Position numbers and translations under genes: made by a program
Shown: piece by piece, positions 35,791-46,775 of the stretch
Layout: each line of letters begins with the position of its first letter
How positions within the stretch are numbered: position 1 is the stretch's first letter
The notes under the pieces: model-generated
Told to the model about the DNA's origin: nothing
What the model saw: only the letters and a program-made list of their open reading frames with translations
Database searches by the model: none
Assembly (NCBI GenBank): GCA_002269645.1
Contig: NIVC01002984.1
Coordinates: 1-56,842 of the forward strand
DNA length: 56,842 bases
Origin: Macrostomum lignano
Lineage: Eukaryota
Direction of reading: 5' to 3'

Positions 35791-36744
35791 AGCACGACTC
35801 ATATTTCATCAGATTTCAACTTATTTCACCATAGTGATGTAACCGCCCTTGTCGCCTGTCCGCTCCGTAGAGAGACGAACGCATGGCTAGAGGGGGCAAT
35901 GACCGTAGGCTGCCTATGACCGGGCGATGGCCTGACGGACCTCCAGCACCAGACTGTCCCGCCCACATGATTGATAGCTTTGGTAGCGCTTTGTGACCAG
36001 AGGGCTAAGGACCCACATGGACCCCACCTGTAGCCAAGGTGCAATAGTTGGTCACTCGGTCATAGTATGACCGAGTGGCTGCCACCACTCTATGTGACCT
36101 GGCGCACCTGGATCTTTCTACCAGACCTCTCGAGGCTAGAGCCCCGCCTGGGATGGTTACCAGGAGATTTAGGCTAACAGGGGAGACACATGCAGCCGAG
36201 TACAGGGACTCTGCTTGGGGCATGATCGGGAACTCTGGGCTCAATCTGGAGGATTTCTCAGCAGGGGATCCTTTGTGGCTGTGAGCGAGGCTGACTTGCG
36301 ACTTTGATTACTAAGAGTAGTATGAGACGAACATGTACTGTTCTATAGTTTAGATTGCTCAGGGCGAAGGGACGCGTCAGCATGGGGTTGCAACCTTCCT
36401 ACTACCATTCTGTGCCAAGACTCGCTAATCCCTCTACTGCACGCACACACAGCCCCGCAGCACGCACTCACAGGCGGGCTTTGACACCCCGGGAGAAAGG
36501 CTTAGCAGGCCATGAGTGAAAAGATGTTGAAAGAGTGAAAAATGATGAGGTTAGTTAATAGTTAATGATTAGGCCCTTAGGCAAATAATCAGGCAATTAG
36601 GCGGCTTCACCATTGAGTAAAATACAGCAAAAGATACGGTATCACAATTGGCTCAGCTCTCTAATCAGACAATGGAAAATAGGCAAACCCCGGATAAGCA
36701 AGGCGATCAGAGCACAAATTAGTAACAGGAAATTACCGGCAGCT

Positions 36745-36748
<4 letters not shown>

Positions 36749-36836
<88 letters not shown>
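36749..36836 (+). repeat. (AG)44 microsatellite inside the solo LTR
   Basis: Visible perfect run. Confidence 0.99.
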
Positions 36837-36839
<3 letters not shown>

Positions 36840-37111
36840 GAGTGACCGAGGGCGGCTGTAGGCTGCAGTCAGGCAGGCAGTGAAGCGGCGATGCGCTGAA
36901 GCGACGAGGCGCTGGTGTAGATCAGGCGAAGCTGATGATGCTGGGCGGTATCAGACCGCTGGCCGATAGGCGAGCTCACTTGGGGAGCTGAAGATAACTT
37001 GGCGGTAACAGACCGCGGACCGGCAGGGATTCGTCCTTTAGACGAATGGGTCAGAGCTCAGTCTGACAGCAAGTCTAAAGAAAGACTAGGAGCCCGAAGG
37101 AGGGCAAAAGG

Positions 37112-37224
37112 AGACTGAAGATTCTCATGCCGAAATCGCTTCCTTTTATAGCCTTCCCAGCCGCCGCTCCAAGGTCGTTTCCATGACTCCCTCTCTCTGA
37201 TTGGCTGCCGGCAGAATGACGTCA
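37112..37224 (-). promoter_or_regulatory. Pol II promoter within the solo LTR: CRE - CCAAT - TATA - Inr
   Basis: TGACGTCA 37217-37224; CCAAT 37200-37204; TATAAAAG 37143-37150; TCAGT initiator with A at 37116. Order and spacing are canonical. Confidence 0.7.
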
Positions 37225-40013
37225 GAATGAGTCATGATGAGAAGCATGAGACCGGCATAGCAACATGAGAAATAGGGAAATTGCGCAATCCGGAGGTGGG
37301 GTGGGGGATAATTGGCGCAGCGGGTGGTCGCGAAAGTGTTGCGCAAGCAAACATTGAGAACAATGGGGCTGGGGTCGAGAACAAAGGAATTGGAAGTCGG
37401 GGATAATTGGGGAGAATTGAGAACAATAGAAAAGTAAACATTGGGGAAAAGGTGATAATTAGGTGCGAAAACGAGAACAAAAGAAAGAGAAAATCGGAGA
37501 AAATGTGATAATTAGTGGGGATAAAGAGAACAAAAGAATCAAAAACGAGAACAATAGAAGCGGAGGTGGGGTGGGTGTCGCATGAGAAATTTAAGGAGGA
37601 GAACAATGGCGTGAGAAAAGATTGCGCAAGAGAGGGGATGAGTCATCGATGAGTAACCGAGGGGGAGAAGGGGTCACACGACTTGCGTCACCGTTTGGGA
37701 GTTTAAGAGGGGATGGGGAGACGGTGAGCACACAAAATACTGTAAGTAGACACAGAGAAAGAGGGGACAGCGCAGGAAAAGAGTGCAGAGAGAGACAAAA
37801 AGAGGGGGGAAGGGAAAGTACATGTACAAGAAGACTAGGGCGGAAAACAGAAGCGATAGGGTAGAGGGGGAGGTACAGAGAGGGATAGGGGGCTCTGGAA
37901 AGGCAGGTGTGGCGGCAGGGGAAACGGAACCAAGGCAGCAGGGGGGTGCAGCAGAGCGGGAGTCTCCAGGCCTGGTCGGAGACCTGGCCGAGTCTCGACA
38001 GCTCTGTGCAGGGGGTGCACGGGATAGGAGGCACTTTCGAAAAAGTTCCCATGCCCTATCCCGCGACCAGAGCGTGGTTACATCAATAGTCGCAACATAT
38101 TTCACCATAGTTGCAACTTGTCTCATGCTTCGTCGTACGTTGTATTCACGGTCTTAAAATAGAGTATGACATTTTGCAATTTTTGAAACATTAAAGTTTT
38201 TCGCATTTTTATGTTACTACTTACAGTAGTTTACTTTGTATCGTATTTGGAGATCTCTACAACTGCAACAGAGCCATTGAACTGCAGTCCCTCAAAGATG
38301 AGATAGCAGTTGCGGTTCTTTGTTAGCTAGGAAAGGCGACTCAGACCTGTGCGAGTGCGATAGAGCAGTGTTGGTTCGTGCATTGAACCGTGGATTGCTA
38401 TAGTGAGGCCGGATTCCTACTACTCCAATCAAATATATTCAATATTATTCAATAAAAAGACAAAACAAAAGAGCACAGGAGAACGCAAGGAAAACATGAA
38501 AACAGGCTATATTTGCTATATTAGGAGAAGAATATCCCCCTTAAGAAGGGAGATATTTCGTGTTATGATAGAATTTGAAACTTTCACTACACAGCTATAC
38601 TCAGCACATTGAAAAGTCGCCACTCAATGCGCCAGTGAGCAATTTCTCTTGGACTATGCTGAAATAAAAATACGAAGAAACTTGAGGGTAGATTTAATCC
38701 GTCCAACCCTCGCACACCGCTCCCCGACTTCATTCCTCAACCAAAGTCTGCCGCGTGGCGTAGCTGTACTCAGCAGCATAGAAAAGTCGCCATCACAGAT
38801 GATTCCGTGTGCGTCGCCACTTTTGGGAGTGCACGTAAAGTCTCTCAATCTTTTCGAGTGACGCAACTTAGCTACGCCGTGGAAGACTTGAGTTGGGAAA
38901 TGAAGTAGGGGGAGCGGTGTTCGACCCACTAAAAACGGGTTATCGGATTGACATCGGAATCTGGCCGGATTTTAGCAGGGCAATCGGAATCTGGTGGAAC
39001 TAGATTTGCAAGCAAAAAAACGATGAAAAATGTGCTCCAATGACATCCAAAAACTACACAAAGTATTTCCTGGCTTTCTTTGCTTCTCGGAAGCACCCCG
39101 GAAACATACCGGAATATGAGGCTCCATATTCCGACCGGAATTTACACTGCACCCGAGCCGTCACTTTCCGACAATAATTTTGAACGCAAGCTTCGCAAAA
39201 ATATCAGCATACTTATCAACTAGTATGATGACTGTCCACTTTGAAGAAAAAACTCTTTTAGACGGGAATTCTGCGCCCTCGCAATTTGCAAGAAGAACAG
39301 CTAGCAAGCTTTGTTTTACGCGATCAAGTGTTGAAGCTATTGACCAGTTTAATTTGCACACTTCCATTTTCACTAATTTGCGCTCGCTTGGAACATCAGC
39401 TCTTTTGAACACAGCTCCTTTAGCCAACACAGGACAGTGAGACCACAACTTTGAACTCTCTGCAACTTCATCTGTGGTTACACGCAAATACTATACTAGT
39501 ATGCTACTCCTTTCGTTCATTTAGTGCATTTCTTTAGTCTCCTATTATCTTGTATGCTTGAATTTTTTACTGGCGGACTATATAATCGCTAATTTCAGTA
39601 ATAAAATATATTATTATTGTTTATTTGTGATAACAGCTAGCCAAAACTATTATACTATACCTAAAAAGAACAATTTGGTATACTGCAATACTGCATAGTG
39701 AGTTTTGACCATAGTGGCACTTGCAGAAGCTTATTAATATTTGAGTACAGTATATGATAGGCACCAATTGTCCAGCTATACATAATATATACTGACATTG
39801 TACTATACTCATAGCCAGTTTCAATTCAGACCATCGCAAAGTAGTAAACAAGGGCCAATTCTATAAATTCTATCTAGTGCTAGTCCTAGATTTCTCATAT
39901 TGAAAGAGACTGCAAATTAAAATAATTGACTACATTGTGTACTAAAAACATATAAGGCAAAAGCTAGTTCTAATAATAAATAAGTATTGTCATTTATTGA
40001 TTAATTTGATTTA

Positions 40014-41924
40014 ATGGCTTTGCCAAGTCGTGCATCAAATAGACAGGTAGCCAGGGAAATGCAAGAAATACTACAAGAGCTTCCGACGATTGGGGCTACA
40101 AATATTGAGGCTAGGCTAGATCTAGAAAATGTGATGGGACAAAATGAAGATACAAAGAGCAATGCTGAGCCTGAAGAGACATTCTTTGATGCAGTGGGTC
40201 CAATGCCAATGGACTTTGATAGCCAAATGCATGCTCTTTTTGAGGAAGAAATGGATGAAGAAGTTGAAGAACAAGATGACTCTCTTGGCTATAATAGACC
40301 TCCGCCACTTACTTTGGTGCAAGAGTTACTATTGTTTTACATAACATTCAATATTACTAGTGCTGCCATGAATTACCTACTTCGGCTTTTGGCTCGTTTC
40401 TTCACTGACATACCCACTTCTGTCTACATGCTTAAGAGGCAGTGTCCAAGCACAGAGATCACGAGGTTCAATGTCAATAATGGTCATGTTGCCTTTCTCT
40501 CCATTGTGGACAATTTGAAATTTTTACTTGATTCCAAAATCCTTACAATTCCATCTGGAATTACAAACTTCTTTGTTTCCTTAAGGGTAAATGTTGATGG
40601 TCTTCCTTTATTCAAGTCATCTAGAATCAATCTTTGGCCTATATTGATGCTAGTAAATAATTGTTTTAGACCTGTGCCATTTGGCCTTTTTTGTGGCATT
40701 GGAAAGCCTGACCTACATGTCTTCTTAGAAAGGTTTTGTTCTGAAATTGCAGGTCTACAGAATGGTTTTGACTATAATATGAAAAGAATTTTTATTAAGT
40801 CAATTGTCTTTATCTGTGACACACCTGCTAGAAACTTTATTCAATGTTTGAAAGGTCATTCCAGTTATCTTGGCTGTAGTTGGTGTCGTCAAGTAGGAAA
40901 TTACACAGGTGACAGAATTTGTTTTTCTAATACCATTGCAGAGGCTCGAACAAATCAAGATTATGAACAAGGGCGTGAAAATAACCAACTTGGTATTTCT
41001 CCACTAGCCAGGATTGTTCCAATGTATTCCAATTTTGTACCCGACCCAATGCATATTGTCTACTTAGGGGTTGTAAAGAAGTTGCTCAAATTTTACTTCC
41101 TTGGAGCAAAGCACATTCGACTTGCTTGCAAGTTGTCATCCCAATTAAAAGAGGAAATAAATAGAAAAATAATGTATATTAAGGAATTTGTTCCTTCAGA
41201 TTTTCAAAGACGGCTTCGCACTTTTGCTGACATTGAATACTTTAAAGCAACGGAATTCCGCCAATGTCTTTTGTACTTTGGTCCGTTCCTTTTTAAGAAT
41301 ACCTTGCCAAAGGTCTACTTTAATCATTATCTATTATTGCATTGGTCAATTTCAGTCCTTAATTCACCTGAGTACTGTGAAATTTATTTTGATGCTGCTG
41401 AGGCTTGTTTGAAAAAGTTTGTTGCTGAGGCACCAAGCCTATATTACAACAGTGTAGTTTCTTATAATTGGCATGCTCTGTTGCACCTTCCTGAGTTTGT
41501 GCAAATGTATGGCCCACTTGACACGTTTTCAGCTTTCCCTTTTGAAAACTACTTGCAATTGATCAAGAAGAGAATTCGTTGTACCAATCATGTTTTTGCC
41601 CAATCTGTCAACCAGTTGTTGAATGTGAGATTTTTATATTCTAATGACAAGTTGGGTGACATTGGTTTTACTAATAAGAGTCCTAATAACTGTGCTATTG
41701 TTGATGGAAAGGTTGTCATTGTCACCAATTTAAATGATGGTCTTATTTCAGGCCAGGTTCTCACATTTGATAGAAGCCTTTATTCCTATCCATATCCATC
41801 AAAATCAATTGGCATAGGCTACTATAAGCATTCAAAGACATTTGTATCCAACTTGCAACCTTCTAAGAAGGCCATTCTAATTCCCTTTGGCGGAGACTAT
41901 CTGGTCATTCCTTGCATCAAGTAA
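40014..41924 (+). CDS. CMC/EnSpm-family DDE transposase, 636 aa, uninterrupted
   Basis: NVDGLPLFKS...WPI, FICDTPAR, C(2)C motif CSWC, DPMH, FKATEFR, H(3)H motif HALLH, SAFPFEN - CMC superfamily signatures. Confidence 0.95.
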   Translation: MALPSRASNRQVAREMQEILQELPTIGATNIEARLDLENVMGQNEDTKSNAEPEETFFDAVGPMPMDFDSQMHALFEEEMDEEVEEQDDSLGYNRPPPLTLVQELLLFYITFNITSAAMNYLLRLLARFFTDIPTSVYMLKRQCPSTEITRFNVNNGHVAFLSIVDNLKFLLDSKILTIPSGITNFFVSLRVNVDGLPLFKSSRINLWPILMLVNNCFRPVPFGLFCGIGKPDLHVFLERFCSEIAGLQNGFDYNMKRIFIKSIVFICDTPARNFIQCLKGHSSYLGCSWCRQVGNYTGDRICFSNTIAEARTNQDYEQGRENNQLGISPLARIVPMYSNFVPDPMHIVYLGVVKKLLKFYFLGAKHIRLACKLSSQLKEEINRKIMYIKEFVPSDFQRRLRTFADIEYFKATEFRQCLLYFGPFLFKNTLPKVYFNHYLLLHWSISVLNSPEYCEIYFDAAEACLKKFVAEAPSLYYNSVVSYNWHALLHLPEFVQMYGPLDTFSAFPFENYLQLIKKRIRCTNHVFAQSVNQLLNVRFLYSNDKLGDIGFTNKSPNNCAIVDGKVVIVTNLNDGLISGQVLTFDRSLYSYPYPSKSIGIGYYKHSKTFVSNLQPSKKAILIPFGGDYLVIPCIK

Positions 41925-42625
41925 ATCAAGTTATTTGCCTGAAGTCCATCGTCCATAATTGTGTCTTGCCTAAGTTGTTTACAAATGTAATTGTGTATAC
42001 AGTCAGCAAATATAATTTAATTAGGTCTAGAATAAAAAAATATATAATTCCATATATATTATATAATATTGAAGTAGTATAGCCATTATAGCCATTAACA
42101 AACTAAAGCATTTGTTCGGATCATGGTATGAAATAAGATGATCATTATTATTTTTATTATTATTATTAATTAATTTTATTACAAAAAACAATTATTATTG
42201 TTTTGTATAATTTCTATGCTTTATTATAACCTTCCTAAGTGCTTGCAAATATGAGTACGTATTATTTAAGTAATGTGTCCTTCAATGTGAATGTCCTAGT
42301 CAGACTATTTATGATTTTTGTGGTAGAATTCTAGTGTAAATGTATTTTGACAAGTTGTCTACTAGTAAGTTAGCAAGTAGCAATAGGCCCCTATGAACAA
42401 TTCAATAAACATTTTTTGTGTATCCTCTAAATTTGTAACTCACTTGTTCCAATGGAATAATTACATGTTATGTGCCATATTATGCTGTAAAAACTTTAGT
42501 TACTGCTTGGCCAACATTACACCACAATGAGTAAATAGTCCTTCTTAGTACATGCAGTGTCTTGTGCAGTTGCTAAATCATTAAATAATAAAACTTTAGT
42601 TCAGTAATCTTGTTGCAGTGACTCA

Positions 42626-45136
42626 ATGAAGTTTATTGTGTATTTTACCTCTGACTATGAAGTAATAGAAGCTGATGAGGAAGATTGCCTTCTTGGCTCT
42701 TTTACTAAGTGGACTATTGAGCAATGGAGGCAAGTGGACAAACTTGAAGAAGTTCATATTCAGGTAATATATAATGACAAGTTGGAAGATTGCATTGTTT
42801 TGCAAGTTGTTCCACATGCCTGTGACACCAGTGACACTGTTGCCATGCTACGAGCTGTGGTCAAAGAGAAGCACTATCGTCCAAGCAAGCTACTAAAGAT
42901 TCTGCCAGATCGTGTTCGATCCAACAAAAGACAGACATTTCCTCCTATGAAGAATCTTGAGACAGACAATGATGCAACAGATATTGATGCTGTAAGTATA
43001 ATGTAAAATAATATTTAATTTAATATTTAGTATACAACTAAGGTCTGCCACGTGCGTTAATATAAAATATAAAATAATATAATTGTAGGTTGCTGATGCA
43101 GCCAGCCATGGACAAGCCAACCGGGGTCCCACACAGAGAAGTGAATCATTGTCTGGGTCTTCTGGTGTTGTTTGCCTCCCTCCACTGCCAACTCTGCAAG
43201 CTTCGGGAATTGCAGAAGTACGTGCTTACATTTGTGTCTATTTAAAAATGTCAAGCATTTATAGTCTTTATGTATTCATGCATTTGGAGTACAGTATGCT
43301 TATTAATTTCAAATTATTGCACTTGGCAGTTTGCCAGACATATTACAAAATGATTGAGACAGTTTTAATAGTTTGGATTTTATTCTTTTCTTTAATTTCT
43401 CTAATCTAACACTGTCTTCACCTCACCCCAATGCCAGGCTAGCGTGACGGCTTGTTGTCACACATCACATTGTTATGTTTATATCTATACACCTCTGTTA
43501 TGTCTGCATCATCTCATTCAATGCGTGTATGGTTACTGTTGAGTATATCATTTCTCCTACTATGTTACAGATTAACGTGCTGAGAAAAAAATTATCTATT
43601 CTAATCATTTCTTTACCAACCCAGGCCTACGACGGCACAATGGCGCAGAGCACTGTCAGGAAACTTCAGAACCGCACCTCCATGGCACCTCCACCAGAAC
43701 CGCAGTCGATCGACAGCCCAGCCTTTGAGCGACTGCACCCTCAAGCAGCTCTCAATTCGTCTGGAAGCTCGACGCCTACTCGACACCCGTCTAGGCAGTT
43801 TTCGTGCACTCCAACTTCAGCCCCAAGAGCCAGCTTCTCGCGCGAACAGCTGCGACAGCCTGCGCAGGTAATTTGTAAAACTCGTTTCATGAAGTCTTGC
43901 AACAGTTTTTTTCAGAACTTGCCACGGTTTCTAACGAAAATTTAATCCACAGTTTTCAGCTCTGCCTCAGCTGGAAACGCAAGCCAGAAGCCAGGTTGAG
44001 GCTTGTGGGTACACGTGGGGATCTGTTGAAGGTAATGGAGTTATTGTTATTGACGCTGAGATAGCAGTAGTTGACAACAGCCGCAAAATGTAACTGGTGA
44101 CCAGCGCACACTCGTTGCTTGAACAGCTAGGTGGATGAAATCGACAGCGTCTAGCTTGGAACTGGCACGTAAATTGAAGTTAATTTACTATGCAACTTTC
44201 AACTCATTATTCAGGGCTCTACTGTCTGCAGCTCTTGAGCATTCGCGAACTCATGAAGCTAAAGGCCACGATTGAGTCGTCCAGTCTCCGGGGAGCTGCT
44301 GCGGCACCCACGCTCGAAATTCCATTCGGGCTTCCTGTCGCAAACGAGGCCGACCTCAACAGTGCAGTCGAGAAGATTTCTGCCAGTGCGGAGGCCAAGA
44401 CTGCGCTGGTTAGTTAATATCTTATGAGCATTTCTCTTACTATTAAACTTCCACCATGCGTTCGGAACTTCGGTACTGTAGACTCGGGGAAATGGTCCAG
44501 ACGCTTTCATGTGTGAATTTTAGACTTCGTTCATTCAGAAAAAGTGCCTGGGCCCTTCTGTGACTCAGTCTGTTCGCTATGCGATGAACGAGCTTCTGGC
44601 GCGAGACTTCCAGCAGCGCTTCAATCGCACTGGCGGCAAGGATGCCCGAGGCCGTGGCCAACAAGAGAACTCCAAGATGTCTTTCGACAAGTGCTTTGGA
44701 GGGATTGTGAAGGGTAGGTTATGCTTTACTGTCGCATATGTACCAATTACCAGAGTTGATTCTTAATAGTGATATCAATAGTGATATACTGTCTGATACA
44801 ACGTACTGATAAATGTACGGGGTGGGTACTGCCATAACCATACGTATTCATGCCGTAATTCATACATGTATTTCTCTCAGGTCAACAGTTGTGGACTTGA
44901 CAACCTGCTTATGTTGTGATTGTCAAATTTCAGACGCGTTGGGCTCTTCATTTACGCTGCACGACATCAATAAGGCAATCGAACGGTTCTTCGATGGCGT
45001 CCGGAAGCGTCGAAGCCACGAGGGATCAGCTGAATCGGACGTGGCCGGCGGGCATGGCGCCCCCACTCCAAGCAGGCGTCGCTCGACGATGCGAGTGCAA
45101 CGCATATCCGACAGCACTGACGAGGAAAATATGTAA
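42626..45136 (+). CDS. 7-exon accessory gene (467 aa) with a C-terminal DUF4806-like domain
   Basis: Exons 42626-42991, 43089-43217, 43625-43867, 43953-44031, 44215-44408, 44524-44713, 44934-45136. All introns GT-AG with matching phases (0,0,0,1,0,1); total 1404 nt open. C-terminus LPVANEADL...VRYAMNELL...FNRTG...KMSF...INKAIERFF fits my recollection of the DUF4806 pattern. Confidence 0.8.
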
Positions 45137-46192
45137 CTTGGTGGCATAGTAAAAAATTGTCCCTTTCGTCGAAACTTCGCGCTAACTTAAATTTTAACTG
45201 CTCCGAGACCGAAATGCTAGTGTAGTACAACTGGGTTTGAAGGCCGCGAATTTGAACAGTTTCACTACAGCAATTTAACGTCTTCAGTTCACTCGCAGCG
45301 CAGCGCCTTACAATTGTTCACTCGATTGCAGCGCGCTTTTCAAACTGGTGCGATTATATTTTAATTAGACAACGATTAAAATAATTTATAATTAATATTT
45401 GCTTTATTTTCAAGGGTCAAAAAAGTAGAAATTAATAACATAATAATGCTATTTGCAATTGCTATAGTTACTATATAGCAACAATTAAATATTTAGTGCA
45501 ATTTTAACAGAACATTTTCAGCCGCACTACACTAGGCCTAATCAAATTGACCTAACAACTATAAAATACTTGTCGAACTGTCTCCAACCTGCACCCTATT
45601 AGTGACTGCTTTGGTGGCCCACCACGCGTTGCTGCAATGTTCTATTTTGTAAACACTAAATAAACACTTATTATTCCTTTCCATCTGCTGCCATTGAGCA
45701 ATTTTGTATTTGATGTAAAATGATGCACACCCGGTCTTTGTGTCATTGAATTTTCAGACGGGATCGGGCTGTCTAAATGTACATGCGTGACTGCGTGTAC
45801 ACTGATCTTCGGCTACATTGTAGCACATGCATGTTTGTACTCGCTTTGTGCTTCGTCATTTATATCAGCTCGGAAAGTGAAACGAAAAGCTCTGGATGAG
45901 TCCGATCGTCAAATCCGATCAGAATCCGAATGGATTTCCCGGGACAAATTTCCACTCGGTTTCCGAGCTGCATTTCCGATCGGAATCCGACCAAGCTTTT
46001 TTAGTGGGGAGTGTTGGGGTGATTAAAGCTACCCGATCAGTTTTCCCGTATCTTTTATTTTAGAATAGTCCAAGAGAAGTTGCTCAGTGGCGCATAGAGT
46101 GGCTACTTTTCAATTTTGCTGAGTATAAATGAGGCCCTCTCTCTCCTAAACTGCGCCAGATCAAATGCAATCACAGATTTTGTCCTGATATA

Positions 46193-46775
46193 CTACAGCA
46201 GCAGTGGTCCTTGATAAGACGTGCAACTCCAGTCAGACTCACTCACCCGTCCAGTAGTTTCCGCTATCCAAATTTCCAAAAGCCTTGGCTTGGCGTAAGT
46301 GTCCCAGTTCTGGACGAACGAGAGAATGTTGTTGACGTTATTCAGGAACACGTTGTCGCTTAGCAGTGGCTTAGATTGTTGTACTCCGTTGAGCTTGGTC
46401 AAACTACTCTGAAAGATTTTTGGGTCAATATTGATTTTTTCTTAAGTTCCGATAACCTTGAAAAGGATTTGCATTGAAAGACCAACTCGCCGACAGCTCC
46501 ATTTGCGGACACTCGAACCGTCATTTTGACCTCAAAATCTTTGCCACTTTCCACATTCAGTCTGGGGATTGCCACCGGCAGTCTCAGCTCGTATCCGGCT
46601 CAAGGACTACTAGACTATATAGTAAAGTGTTCCTAGTGGTCCTTAATCCGGCTCTGAAAACGTTGTAGTTGACGGACGCAGTCTGCTTCACGAAGTCCAC
46701 CTTGTCGTCTGCGGCGGAAGTCTCGAAGACCAGACAAAGCAAAATGAATCGAAAAAGGAAGGGTCGGATATTCAT
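46193..46775 (-). CDS. Putative small secreted protein (signal peptide); either frameshifted (194 aa) or one intron (126 aa)
   Basis: MNIRPFLFRFILLCLVFETSAA-DD signal-like N-terminus; three consecutive protein-like segments in shifted frames. Confidence 0.45.

Larger units (their letters stand above)
35835..38085 (-). mobile_element. 2251-bp solo LTR (Gypsy-like by 4-bp TSD)
   Basis: TGATGTAACC...GGTTACATCA 10-bp terminal inverted repeats (TG...CA); ATAG TSD at 35831-35834 and 38086-38089; internal promoter; no coding capacity. Poly(A) signal not located. Confidence 0.82.
38925..46008 (+). mobile_element. Complete 7084-bp CMC/EnSpm (CACTA-type) DNA transposon
   Basis: 11-bp perfect TIR CCCACTAAAAA; phased TCGGATT/ATCGGAA motifs at identical offsets at both ends; 2-bp TSD GA (38923-38924, 46009-46010); subterminal CGGAAT/TCCGA repeats; two genes. 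Confidence 0.92.
38596..46127. mobile_element. ~440-bp MITE with ~115-bp TIRs and TA ends (Tc1/mariner-like), split by the CMC transposon
   Basis: Left arm 38596-~38710 (TATACTCAGC.CATTGAAAAGTCGCCACTC...CTCTTGGACTAT...) matches the reverse complement of 46011-46127. Confidence 0.8.

Noticed and set aside
36613-38157. ORFs inside the solo LTR
   Set aside because: Low-complexity purine/pyrimidine-skewed translations with no gag, pol or env motifs.
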